Positions 18,514 through 27,697 of a stretch of 64,000 bases of DNA are shown piece after piece; position 1 is the stretch's first letter; each line of letters begins with the position of its first letter. The DNA lies in the IMG/VR virus record IMGVR_UViG_3300009678_000002, positions 27,406 through 91,405 of that record. The stretch is one strand, 5' to 3'. Origin of the DNA: a virus. Its lineage: Duplodnaviria > Caudoviricetes. Made by a program: the position numbers and the translations under genes. The notes below the pieces were generated by a model that did no database searches, was not told where the DNA came from, and saw only the letters and a list, made by a program, of their open reading frames with translations.

Positions 18514-18987
18514 TCAGTCGTCGATCTTGAGCTGGCCGCGTGCGGCGCGGCGCTCGGCCTCGGCGCGCGGCATGACCACGACGTCGCCAGCGAAGTAGGG
18601 CATGCCGCCCCAGAGGTAGGTGCCGAGCGCGGTCGTCGACACGTTCCGGTTCGGCGGCGTCAGGGCGGGCTCGAGCAGGCCGGCCTCGCCGGCATCGATC
18701 GCGCGCACGAGCTCGTCGGCCTGGGCCGGTGTGCTGGGCACGGTCGTGTGGAAGTGGATGTGCGTGACCACGGGCTCGGGCGCGCCGGGCTCGGGGTCCT
18801 CGGGCTCGGGGTTTGGCGGCGGCGCGGGCTCGGTGACGGCCTCTGCCTGGTCGAGCTCGAACTCGGCCGCCTCGGGCTCCGTGGTGGCGCCAGCGGGCGG
18901 CGCCGATTCGGGCGAGGTGGTGGGCGCTGGCTGCGCCTGCGGGGGCGTGGCAGGCGCTGGTGAGCGACGGTTACGATTCTTCGCCAT
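18514..18987 (-). CDS. Capsid-adjacent Pro/Glu-rich protein (gpFI position)
   Basis: C-terminal GMPYFAGDVVVMPRAEAERRAARG domain typical of post-MCP genes. Internal motif shared with the tape measure C-terminus. Confidence 0.7.
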   Translation of the reverse strand: MAKNRNRRSPAPATPPQAQPAPTTSPESAPPAGATTEPEAAEFELDQAEAVTEPAPPPNPEPEDPEPGAPEPVVTHIHFHTTVPSTPAQADELVRAIDAGEAGLLEPALTPPNRNVSTTALGTYLWGGMPYFAGDVVVMPRAEAERRAARGQLKIDD

Positions 18988-19044
18988 GGTGCTCCGCTTG
19001 CCTCGGGTCGGGGTTGTGGGTACTCGGTTGAGGTAGGCACGTGC

Positions 19045-19102
19045 GGGGCCGCTGCCGTGCGACGGGAATCCCTCGCGGGATCATCCGTGCGGCAGCGGCC
19101 CC
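19045..19102 (-). promoter_or_regulatory. Long RNA hairpin downstream of the capsid gene
   Basis: Perfect 13-bp stem GGGGCCGCTGCCG/CGGCAGCGGCCCC enclosing ATCCC-GCGA-GGGAT (GNRA loop on the minus strand). No U-tract. Confidence 0.7.
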
Positions 19103-19126
19103 TGCCCGATCAGGCCGCTAGGCCGA

Positions 19127-20284
19127 TCAGGTGGTGATGCTGGTGATCAGGAAGCCGGCGTCTGCCGCCACGATCTTGTGGTCCTCGGAGACCGCGACCT
19201 TGGCGTAGATTCCGCCGCGCTTGCCGGTCTTCGGGTCCGCCCACTGCGTGGTCAGCGGGTCGCCGTTGCTGCGGAAGGTCGTTCCGAAGTGGAGCGACCG
19301 GCGGCTCGGACGCACCGCGACCGAGAGGATGCCGAACACGTCGCCGGTGACCATGCGAGCGTATGTCGCCGTCTGACCGTCGTTGGCCGTATCCTCGCGT
19401 GCGCGGGTGACGAGCAGCTCGTCGAGACCGAACCACCCCGCGACCATCTGCGGCGTGATGAGGCCGGTCTGCACGTACTTCATGCGCTCGGCCAGCGCCG
19501 CGTTGTTGATGATGCCGCTGTTCCACACGCCGAGCGAGCAGAACGCCACCTTGCGGGTCGGCGTCTGCCCGACCCACAGCGCATCCTTCGCCGCGGTGAT
19601 GTCCGCGATGATGGTGCCGCCGGTCGAGTCGCTCCAGTTGGTCGACGCGGTGGTCGTGTTGCTGCCGTAGCTGCCCGAGGCAGCGACGATCGCGAGGATG
19701 CGCTTCTCGCGCCGGAACGCGATGCCCTCGTTGATGGCCTCGACCAGGTCGACCATTTCATCGAAAGGCGCGTCCTGGTTCTGGATCGTCTCGAGGTCGA
19801 GGAAGTTCAGGTAGCCGTAATCCTTGACCGAGTAGTTGTCGGTCGTGCGGCTCGCGTCGACTTCGTTCGGCACACTGCGCGATCCGATCTCGTCATCCGG
19901 GAACGCGAGGCGTTCACGCTTCGGATAGATCGCGTAGTAGTCCGACCGCTTCGACACCGGCACGGCCGGCATCAGCCGCTCGCCGATGTACTCGTCATTG
20001 GCGTACTGCACCGACATCTCTGCGAGCAGAGTGTCGACGTGCACGCTGACGGGGTTCACCGAGCGCACGATGAGCTCGCGGCGGTACGCCTCGCCATGCA
20101 CCTCGCAGCCGAGGCCGCGGATGAAGTCGAGGTTCTTCGCCTTGAGGATCTTCTTGCTGTCCTCGGTCATGCCCGCGAGCTGGTCGCGGACCTTGTTCAT
20201 CATCGCCTCGTATGCGAGGCCTTTCTGGGTGCGCGAAATGGGCGCTTCTCGGCCCGCGCCCCCAAGCATGTTGTGCTGGAGCAT
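19127..20284 (-). CDS. Major capsid protein (lambda gpE-like, HK97 fold)
   Basis: VDTLLAEMSVQYAN.EYIGERLMPAVPV; REKRILAIV; KIVAADAGFLIT C-terminus. Start chosen at MLQHN. Confidence 0.9.
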   Translation of the reverse strand: MLQHNMLGGAGREAPISRTQKGLAYEAMMNKVRDQLAGMTEDSKKILKAKNLDFIRGLGCEVHGEAYRRELIVRSVNPVSVHVDTLLAEMSVQYANDEYIGERLMPAVPVSKRSDYYAIYPKRERLAFPDDEIGSRSVPNEVDASRTTDNYSVKDYGYLNFLDLETIQNQDAPFDEMVDLVEAINEGIAFRREKRILAIVAASGSYGSNTTTASTNWSDSTGGTIIADITAAKDALWVGQTPTRKVAFCSLGVWNSGIINNAALAERMKYVQTGLITPQMVAGWFGLDELLVTRAREDTANDGQTATYARMVTGDVFGILSVAVRPSRRSLHFGTTFRSNGDPLTTQWADPKTGKRGGIYAKVAVSEDHKIVAADAGFLITSITT

Positions 20285-20390
20285 CTTGATTACCTTTGTT
20301 GGAATGGAGGGTTGAGAGACGAGAGCGCGCGCGCGGCGAGCGACATGCCCGCCGCGGTCATCGATCACTCGACGATCAGCCGGTCAGCGA

Positions 20391-20819
20391 TTACTCGCCG
20401 ACCGCGTGGCGTACGAGTGCGAGGCCGACGTAGTCGCCGTCGGCGCCGTTCTGCGTGAAGTAGCCGGGGCTGTTCACGTCCGTGTCCGCGCCCGTGTAGT
20501 CCGGCACCGCATCGGTCAGCCTGCCGGCCGACACGTACTTGGCCGACTGACCGCGCGTCGCGCCGCCTGCGCCGACACGGACCTTCGCGACGCCGCCGAC
20601 GAGCAGCGCCACGGAGACCTTGTCGCCCGCCGCGCCGGCGAGCTTGCCCAGCATCACGACGACGCCGATCGGCAGCGCGACCGCGCTGTCGATGCGGAGG
20701 CATTCGTGGTCCGCGTTGCCGTCCATCACGACGTCACCGAGGAACACGGTGGCCGCTGCCTCCACCGTGCGTTCCACGATGGTGCAGCCGGAGAGGATCT
20801 GATCTGCGCGAGTAGCCAT
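20391..20819 (-). CDS. Capsid decoration/cement protein (DUF2190-like)
   Basis: PIGV...AGDKVSV...G.AKVRVG...G, ADGDYV; lies between protease and MCP. Confidence 0.8.
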   Translation of the reverse strand: MATRADQILSGCTIVERTVEAAATVFLGDVVMDGNADHECLRIDSAVALPIGVVVMLGKLAGAAGDKVSVALLVGGVAKVRVGAGGATRGQSAKYVSAGRLTDAVPDYTGADTDVNSPGYFTQNGADGDYVGLALVRHAVGE

Positions 20820-20946
20820 GGTCGAAGTCCTTTCGAGGACGGAGCTCCGCGCTCACTGCCGCGCTTGCGCGCGGAGCGTTCGGTTTCCCCGCCCGAGATC
20901 TGTTTGATTGGTTAGAGGTTGTGGTGTTGAACGCGAGTGGCGACCG

Positions 20947-22158
20947 TCAGGCCGCGGCGGCCGCCTTGCGGGCGATGTCGAGCAGGTCGTCCTTGACCAC
21001 GGGCTTGTCGGACGGCGCCGGCGTCGGCTGCGTCGCGCTCGTGAGCGGATCGCCGTCGACCTTCACCTCGGTCGCGAGCGGAATGTCGGCCGTCGCGTCG
21101 AGCTTCTCGAGTGCGAACTCGAGGCCCTTCGCGCTCGCCAGCACTTCCCAGACCTCGCGCTGCGCCTTCGCGAACTTCTTGCCCTCGCGGGCGTCGAGCT
21201 CGCTCTTGGTCACGCGTGCGTCCGCTGCGGTCGCGCGCTCGGCTGCGGCCTTGGCAGCGGTCTCGTGCTGCGCGCTGAGAGCCTTCTCCGCGTTCAGCTC
21301 GGCTTCGAGCTCGGCCACGCGCTTGCTGCCTTCCGCGTGCGAGGTCTCGGCCGTCGTCGCGCGCGTCTCGAGCTGCGTGACGCGAGCGTTCAGGGTTGCG
21401 TTGTCCGACAGCGCCTTGTCATACGCCGCCTTCTCTTCTGGGGTCATGGCCATGGTGGTCTCCGTGTCGCCAGTTACGGCGGCGTTGCGAGCCGCAACGA
21501 TGCGGCTCAGGTGCTCTCGACTCCGCTCGATCGACTTCGCGACCGCTTGCGGATTGCTTCCCATCGGAACGACGCTGATCTCGTGCAGCTCGTTCGGGAA
21601 CTCTTCTGAACCGACCTCGTAGAACTTCGTGTTGCCGGCCTTGTCCTTGACGGCCGTGATCGAGCCGGCGCGAAAGCCGACGCTGACCGCGCGCAGCACG
21701 CGCTGCGTGATGCGGCGCCAGAGCTTGTCGACGAGCGGCTCCTCTTCGGCCGTGCCCTTCACGAGCTGGATCGTCGCGTGCAGCTTCTTACTCTTGACCT
21801 CGACCTTGATGGCCTTGCCGATCGGCATCAGGTCTTCGGGGTCGACCGAGCCTTCGTAGGCCCATCGCGACACGCCGAAGAGGTTGTGCGCCCAGAGGAT
21901 GACCGGGTTGAGCTCGTACCGGGTCAGGTCCCAGTGCTGGCGCACGATGTCGCCATGGCTGTCCATCACCTCGGTCGAGGCGATCACCTCGAAGGTGCGC
22001 TCCTCTTCGTTGATGACCTTGACCTCGACGTCCATGCCCATGCGCACGAAGTCGCCGCGCTCGGTGTCGTCGTCGACGCGCTCGACGTCGGTGTCGTTGT
22101 CGTCGAGCTTGAGCCGCGCCTGCTTGCCCGGTTCAGTGGTGTTCGAGTTCAGCCGCAT
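20947..22158 (-). CDS. HK97-family prohead protease with C-terminal coiled-coil scaffold
   Basis: ASTEVMDSHGDIV, NPVILWAHN, PIGK, AVSVGF, LHEISVVPMGSNPQA. GAGGAG RBS before 22158. Confidence 0.9.
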   Translation of the reverse strand: MRLNSNTTEPGKQARLKLDDNDTDVERVDDDTERGDFVRMGMDVEVKVINEEERTFEVIASTEVMDSHGDIVRQHWDLTRYELNPVILWAHNLFGVSRWAYEGSVDPEDLMPIGKAIKVEVKSKKLHATIQLVKGTAEEEPLVDKLWRRITQRVLRAVSVGFRAGSITAVKDKAGNTKFYEVGSEEFPNELHEISVVPMGSNPQAVAKSIERSREHLSRIVAARNAAVTGDTETTMAMTPEEKAAYDKALSDNATLNARVTQLETRATTAETSHAEGSKRVAELEAELNAEKALSAQHETAAKAAAERATAADARVTKSELDAREGKKFAKAQREVWEVLASAKGLEFALEKLDATADIPLATEVKVDGDPLTSATQPTPAPSDKPVVKDDLLDIARKAAAAA

Positions 22159-22339
22159 GATCGTCTCCTCGGGGTTCGGGCTGCTGCGCGCGGTCCGCAT
22201 ACGGGACGCACCCGCACATGCCAGCGCGGCGGCTGTGCTGCTTACGCAGCCAGCGAGCACGCGCGGCTTGGTCTTCCGACTCGGGCGCGCCGCGCTCGGC
22301 GGCGGCCCGGGTCGGCTTGTCTCGCGTCGTCATCGCGCC

Positions 22340-22966
22340 TTAGCTGGCAGCCTTGCGCGTGAACTCGAGGACGATGAAGTGGATGATCAGGTCGTCGTCG
22401 TCGAGCGTGCCCGCGGTCGGCGTGATCGTGAACGCGATGCCGGCCGGACCCGCGGGGAGGTTCTCGGCAGCGAGCTCGAGCTCGATGACCTGAATCGTGC
22501 GGCTCGTCGCTTCCGGGTCGCCGATCTCTGCGGTCGTGTCGCCGTAGTCCGAGTCGGCGTTGTGCAGCGCGGCCAGTTCCTGGTTGATCGCCGTGATGTC
22601 GAGCGTGGCCGTGTTGTCCGCGGTCGCGCCGACCTTGCTGCAGTACACCTTGAGCGTCGCGACCGCGGTGTTGTCGAAGGTCTCGTCGACGATCGCGCGG
22701 AACGCGATCGCCTCGGGCGTGGCGTGGTCGTTCCAGCGGACGCCGATCGTGTCTTCGCCGACGTACAAGCCCGGCGTGCCGTCGTCGCCGTCGACGAACA
22801 GGGCCATAGGCGCGCCCGTGCCGAGAATGCAGTCGGTCGGCTTGATCAGGATGCGGCCGGGGCCGTTCAGGACGTCCGCCTGCTGCTGCTGCGCCGATGC
22901 CATGCCCGCGAGGTGCGTGAGCGCGGTCGTGATCTGGTCGCGGATTTCTCCGAGGGTGAGTGACAT
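22340..22966 (-). CDS. Putative beta-rich head accessory protein
   Basis: 208 aa, acidic and beta-rich, AGGAG RBS, between portal and protease. Confidence 0.55.
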   Translation of the reverse strand: MSLTLGEIRDQITTALTHLAGMASAQQQQADVLNGPGRILIKPTDCILGTGAPMALFVDGDDGTPGLYVGEDTIGVRWNDHATPEAIAFRAIVDETFDNTAVATLKVYCSKVGATADNTATLDITAINQELAALHNADSDYGDTTAEIGDPEATSRTIQVIELELAAENLPAGPAGIAFTITPTAGTLDDDDLIIHFIVLEFTRKAAS

Positions 22967-23009
22967 GGATCTGATTCTCCTGTGGAACGGTGGTGGTGAA
23001 CGCCGAGCG

Positions 23010-24446
23010 CTACTCGGCAGCGGCCTCGCCGCCGGCCGCCGCGGCCTCGAGCAGCGACAGGTCCTCTTCGATCTCGACTCCGAACCCGTCGGCGATCTCC
23101 TGCAGGTTCTTGACGCGGTAGCCGCCGGTCAGGAACGCGCGCGACATGAACGCCAGCGTTCGCGCGTCCTCGGCGACCATCGAGTTCTCGTTCACGAGTT
23201 CCTCGTCTTCGCCCGGCTGCGGCATGCCGACCTGGTCACGCACCCACGGCGCCGGGATCTTCAGGCCCGCAATGCGCAGCGTGTTGATGGCGGTCGCGAA
23301 CTCGCTGATGTCCGTGCCCTCGTCGGTCTGGAACACTGCCGCCGGGCACCGGATGTCGGCGCCCACGTTCAGCGCGACCGCGGGCATGAACATGCAATAG
23401 CGAAGGCCGGCTGCGATCGCGCGGCAGTCCTCTTCGCCGATGTCGGTGCGGACCTGGTCGCGCACCACTGCGCCGCGCTGGTCGCCGTGCTCGGTGCTCT
23501 CGGTGGTCGTGGTCTGGCCGAGGATGGCCTTGCTCATCTCGCGGCCGAGCGTGTCGAACAGCTCGCGGTGCGTGCTCGGGCTCGGCGCGCTGCCCTTCGG
23601 GTAGTGCACATCGATCTGCGTGTCGGTGTCGCAGACGCCGATGCCCTCGGTGCCGACCCGCTCGAGCATGGTGACGAGCTTGTCGATGTCGTCGATGTGC
23701 GTGCCGGGCTTGTACTTGCCGATCCGCCACGGCTTCCACGCAATCTCGGCGAGCGCGATCCAGTCACGCAGACCCCAGTTGCGGAGCAGCGCCGACCAGA
23801 CGAGCAGGCGCGCGAGGCCTTCGCGCGCAGGGACGTCGCCAACGATGCGGCGCTGGATCTGGATGATGCGGCCGGGGAACTCTGCGAGCAGGTCCACGCC
23901 GACGGTGTCGCCGGTTGTCTTGCGGTAGCGCAGCGAGCCGTCCGCGAGCGCGAAGATGAAGTCGCGCGCGTGCACGGGCTTGGCGCGGTACGGCAGCAGC
24001 AGGCCTTCGCTCGTGCGCTTCCACAGCAGCTCGGACGTTGCGTGCCCGAACAGAAAGCCGTTCATGTGCGAGATGAGCTCGGGCCAGTTCTCGAAGTCGT
24101 CCCGGATGCGGCGGCAGAGGTCGGCTGCCTCCTGCTCCTTTGGGCTCGCGTCCTTCGGAACCACGAACTCGAGATCGACCAGAGCGGGCGCGCGCTCGCG
24201 TGTGCTGAGCACGCCCTGAAGGTGGCCGTCTTTCTGACGGCTCTCGTTCATCAGGTCGACGAGCCGGTCAGGCTGGCCGCCATCGGCAGCGCGGATGATC
24301 TCGCTTACGCCCAGAGGGGAGAGGCCGCCGCCGATGCGCTGGAACTGCTCCCATAGCGGCTTGGCGTGGATGATCGGAGTGCTGGTCGGTTCGACCTGCG
24401 CAGGCCCGAATGCCTGCTTGATCCACGCGAGGAGGTTGAACGCCAT
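23010..24446 (-). CDS. Portal protein (Mu gp29/DUF935 family)
   Basis: KDGHLQGVLSTR, FGHATSELLW, PWRIGKY, REMSKAILGQTTTT. Confidence 0.92.
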   Translation of the reverse strand: MAFNLLAWIKQAFGPAQVEPTSTPIIHAKPLWEQFQRIGGGLSPLGVSEIIRAADGGQPDRLVDLMNESRQKDGHLQGVLSTRERAPALVDLEFVVPKDASPKEQEAADLCRRIRDDFENWPELISHMNGFLFGHATSELLWKRTSEGLLLPYRAKPVHARDFIFALADGSLRYRKTTGDTVGVDLLAEFPGRIIQIQRRIVGDVPAREGLARLLVWSALLRNWGLRDWIALAEIAWKPWRIGKYKPGTHIDDIDKLVTMLERVGTEGIGVCDTDTQIDVHYPKGSAPSPSTHRELFDTLGREMSKAILGQTTTTESTEHGDQRGAVVRDQVRTDIGEEDCRAIAAGLRYCMFMPAVALNVGADIRCPAAVFQTDEGTDISEFATAINTLRIAGLKIPAPWVRDQVGMPQPGEDEELVNENSMVAEDARTLAFMSRAFLTGGYRVKNLQEIADGFGVEIEEDLSLLEAAAAGGEAAAE

Positions 24447-24457
24447 GGGTGCTCGCT

Positions 24458-25024
24458 TCAGCCGAAGCCTCGGCCGCGCGAGTTGCCCCAGCGGCCGGTG
24501 GTGATTCGAGGGAGCTGCGTGCGCGGCAGCGGTTGAACCGCCGCCGGCGCGGCCCCGGGCGCCGGAAGGAATGACGACGCGTCGGCGGCCGCGCCGGCTG
24601 GCGCAGGCACGCGCGAGCTCGGCCTCGCCTGGACGACGGCGCCTGCCCCGTTGGCGATGAACAGCACGCCGCGGGCACGCAGGTCAGGCTCGATCTCGCG
24701 CAGCACGGTCTCGGCGCCCTTCCCCATCGTGCGCTGACCGGGCGTCAGCTCGACGAACGGGCTCGAGAGCCAGAACAGTTTCTCGCAGGGCTTGTCCGGC
24801 CCGGCGGCGAGCGCCTTGCGTAGCGCTCGGATGGCGGCGACGCCTTCGACGATCCACGGACCGCGGCGCTCGAGCATCCACTCGGCGGCCTTCGCGCTCG
24901 CCTCGGACCATCCCATCGAGATCAGGTTGTCGGTGCGGAGCAGCTCGTAGCCGAGCTCGGTGCGTAGCTGGTCGGCGAGCGTCGACTTGCCGGCCCGCGG
25001 TATGCCGGCGATCACGATGCGCAT
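24458..25024 (-). CDS. P-loop nucleotide kinase-like protein with TerL-like C-terminal tail
   Basis: MRIVIAGIPRAGKST Walker A, WIVEG, Ala/Pro linker, ends RWGNSRGRGFG. Confidence 0.8.
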   Translation of the reverse strand: MRIVIAGIPRAGKSTLADQLRTELGYELLRTDNLISMGWSEASAKAAEWMLERRGPWIVEGVAAIRALRKALAAGPDKPCEKLFWLSSPFVELTPGQRTMGKGAETVLREIEPDLRARGVLFIANGAGAVVQARPSSRVPAPAGAAADASSFLPAPGAAPAAVQPLPRTQLPRITTGRWGNSRGRGFG

Positions 25025-25028
25025 CGGG

Positions 25029-25457
25029 TCACCGATTCTTGGCTGGCTTCAGCTTCGGCCGCGGGCCGGGTGGGTCGTCGGTGCGGCCGAGCATCGGGTT
25101 CGCGAACGCCTTCGCCGGCCGCTCCACACTCGGCGGCCTCTCCTGCCTCACCCTCGGCGTGTGCACCGGCTTGGGGGTCCTGCCGCCCTTGCCGCGCAGC
25201 TTCGCCCGGTGCGCTTCGACCGCTGCCCTGCGAGCAGCCAGCCATGCGCGTGCACCCTCGGGCGTGTCCGCACCCTGCCGTGCGAGCTCGGCCGCTGCGT
25301 GCGCGGCGGCTTTCTGCATCACTGCGATCGTGCGCGGTCTCATGCGTTCACCCGTGTTCGTCGCATCCGTCCCGGGTGCCGAGCAGCCCGGGGCGTGGCT
25401 GGCCATGTCACAGCCCTTTGGACTCGCTGATCCGGAGCTTCCGCTCCCAGGACGCAT
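25029..25457 (-). CDS. Basic hypothetical protein (start uncertain)
   Basis: Fills the gap between TerL and the kinase; Arg/Pro/Ala-rich. Confidence 0.5.
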   Translation of the reverse strand: MRPGSGSSGSASPKGCDMASHAPGCSAPGTDATNTGERMRPRTIAVMQKAAAHAAAELARQGADTPEGARAWLAARRAAVEAHRAKLRGKGGRTPKPVHTPRVRQERPPSVERPAKAFANPMLGRTDDPPGPRPKLKPAKNR

Positions 25458-25466
25458 GCGACGAAC

Positions 25467-27023
25467 TCAACCGAACCCGCGACCGCGGAACCCATCCCAG
25501 CGCGAGCCCTCGCGCCGCGGCAGCGCGACGATCTTCGTGCGCGGTGCCTGGTAGACCGCGAGCTGCAGCGCGTCGAACCTGTCCGGCGAGCGCTTGATGC
25601 GAGCCTTGATGTCGAGCTTGCTCTCGACCTGGTAGCGGCCCTGCGTGTCGAACTTGTACCGCGGCGCGACGAGCTCGCCCTCGAGCTCGGGGTCCGGGTG
25701 AATCGTGCCGCCCTCGGCGAGCCAGTCGCGCACCGCGAAGTGCAGCTGCGCGCGGAGGTTGTGGTAGCCGGGGCCGGTTGTGCTGTCGGCCGAGCGTGAG
25801 CTCTTGCAGTCGACCGCGGTCATCTCGTTACTGCGGCAGAGGATGGCGAACACGCCAGCGCCGACGCCGATCGTGTCGATGTTGACGACCGGCACTTCGT
25901 CCTTCGCGCGCAGCTCGCGCACGAGCTCGAGCACCTGGCCGGCGATGTCGACCGAGTCCATCGAGTGGAGCACGATCGGGTGATAGGTCTTCTTGCCGCG
26001 GCGCGGCTGGATGACCGTGTCGTCGTCGCCGAACTCCGCGACGTCGACACCGATCTGCAGCTCGCCCTCGTACGTGGCCGCGTCCCAGTCGCGGCGCGCT
26101 GCCTCGAGCAGCCGCAGCGGGATGACCGCGTCGCTCGCCTGCTCGGGGAAGTCTCCGCGAACGCGGACCGCGTACAGCGATGAGGCCGTGCCCCAGACGC
26201 GCGCGCGCTCGGCTACCCACTCCGGCGTGGCCAGGCCCGGGATCGCGTTGTCGTTGGCTGGGGTGTGCTCGCTCGAGATGTGCAGGCAGTGGAAGACGTG
26301 GCGCTCGCTGTGGAACGCGTCGAAGAACTTGCCGCTGGTCTGGGTCGGGTTGCCGAATAGCAGCAGGTAGGCGCCGCCGGCGCGGTTGCCCTCGATGGCC
26401 TCGAAGATCGGCTCGTCGACGCCGGAGGCCTCGTCGACGATGTACAGCACGTGCTGGCCGGAGATGCCCGAGAACCGGTCGGCGTCGTCGGTGCTGAAGC
26501 CCAGGATCTCGCGGCCGTCGTCGGCGATGATGCCGGTCGACGGGTCGCGGCTCGGGTCGGGCCCGAGGTCTCGCCCCTTCACTCGAGCTCGCCGCCGAGC
26601 GATGCGGTACAGCCGCCGCACCTCGCGCCACAGAACGATCTTGACCTGCCGCGCGGTGGGTGCGGTAAGCACTGCTCGAGCCGCGGGGCGCGTGGCGAAC
26701 CACCAGATGGCGACGCCCGCTGCGATCGTGGACTTGCCGACCTTGTGGCCGCTGCGGACCGCGATGGCCTTGTGCTCGGGCAGCGCGCGCAGGATGTCGA
26801 TCTGCCCGGTCTGGCCGGGCATGGCCGCGGCCCAGGGCTCGATGCCGAGGATCTCGCGAAAGAAATCGATCGGCCGGTCCGCGTACTCGGGCAGCGGCGG
26901 CGGCGCGACTACGTGGTCGCAGTCGTCGGTGTCAGTGGACTTCGCTGTGATCTTCTGGAACTTCTGCGCCAGCCACTGCTTCGTCACCTTGCGCCTTCGC
27001 GATGGCGTGGACGAGGTCTGCAT
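25467..27023 (-). CDS. terL: Terminase large subunit
   Basis: VRSGHKVGKST, YIVDEASG, FGNPT, GVDVAEFGDD, SPDRFDA. Confidence 0.95.
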   Translation of the reverse strand: MQTSSTPSRRRKVTKQWLAQKFQKITAKSTDTDDCDHVVAPPPLPEYADRPIDFFREILGIEPWAAAMPGQTGQIDILRALPEHKAIAVRSGHKVGKSTIAAGVAIWWFATRPAARAVLTAPTARQVKIVLWREVRRLYRIARRRARVKGRDLGPDPSRDPSTGIIADDGREILGFSTDDADRFSGISGQHVLYIVDEASGVDEPIFEAIEGNRAGGAYLLLFGNPTQTSGKFFDAFHSERHVFHCLHISSEHTPANDNAIPGLATPEWVAERARVWGTASSLYAVRVRGDFPEQASDAVIPLRLLEAARRDWDAATYEGELQIGVDVAEFGDDDTVIQPRRGKKTYHPIVLHSMDSVDIAGQVLELVRELRAKDEVPVVNIDTIGVGAGVFAILCRSNEMTAVDCKSSRSADSTTGPGYHNLRAQLHFAVRDWLAEGGTIHPDPELEGELVAPRYKFDTQGRYQVESKLDIKARIKRSPDRFDALQLAVYQAPRTKIVALPRREGSRWDGFRGRGFG

Positions 27024-27564
27024 ACGACTCCGGCTTCATGAACGCTTCGACCATGTCGAGCAGGTCCTGCAGCTCGGCGAGCACGCGCACGTCCAGGCGG
27101 TCGCCGAACATCCCGTGCAGGTCCTTGCCGAGCGCGATCCACGCCGCATTCGAAGCACCGAACTGCTCGGCGGCCGCGGCCTTGCGCGCGTTACTCTTGA
27201 GCGCGCGCGTGATTTCAGTGCGCGAGACCTTCGCCTCTTCGTCGAGCCGACGGTCGAACGCCTCGATCGCTGCCTTCACGCGCGGCTTCTGCCGCAGCTT
27301 GTGACCGATCGAGATGCTGCTCGCGTGGTTGGCCTTGCTGCCAGCGCGCCGGACCGCGAGCGATGCATCTCGGCACTGCACGAACTCGCGCACGAACGCG
27401 CGCTCGAACAGCGTCAGGTCCTCGGCGACCGGCGCAGCGGTGCATTCGTGCGCCTCGCGCAAGAACTCCGCGTCGTCCTCGCTGCCGCGCTCCGCCTGCT
27501 CCTGGGCGTTGCGCAGGAACGCCAGGACATGCGCGCGGGCTTCGCTGACGGGGGCCGTGGCCAT
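26932..27564 (-). CDS. terS: Terminase small subunit
   Basis: AFVREFV...DASLAVRRAG...LRQKPRVKAAI HTH pattern; overlaps the TerL start. Confidence 0.85.
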   Translation of the reverse strand: MATAPVSEARAHVLAFLRNAQEQAERGSEDDAEFLREAHECTAAPVAEDLTLFERAFVREFVQCRDASLAVRRAGSKANHASSISIGHKLRQKPRVKAAIEAFDRRLDEEAKVSRTEITRALKSNARKAAAAEQFGASNAAWIALGKDLHGMFGDRLDVRVLAELQDLLDMVEAFMKPESYADLVHAIAKAQGDEAVAGAEVPEDHSEVH

Positions 27565-27643
27565 GGGGTGCCTCTGGGGAAACCCCGCCAAAACCAGGGG
27601 GATAACGCGGGTTTACGGGGGTGCCGAAGATTCTTTAGAACAC

Positions 27644-27697
27644 CGCTTGCAACAGTCTGCATGCTCGTGCATGGTGTTCGCCATGGACACGACGCAA
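27644..27697 (+). promoter_or_regulatory. Promoter/start cassette, copy 1 (leaderless)
   Basis: TTGCAA-N17-CATGGT-N7-ATG; 42/54 nt identical to 30168-30221. Confidence 0.7.

Noticed and set aside
22133-22333. 66-aa ORF between the 208-aa gene and the protease
   Set aside because: No clear RBS or motif, and it overlaps the protease start; cannot be supported.
22560-24356. 598-aa plus-strand ORF
   Set aside because: Antisense shadow of the portal gene.
15319-24446. Mu-like transposable phage or contractile tail system
   Set aside because: No transposase, sheath or baseplate wedge genes; replication genes are of the initiator-plus-DnaB type.
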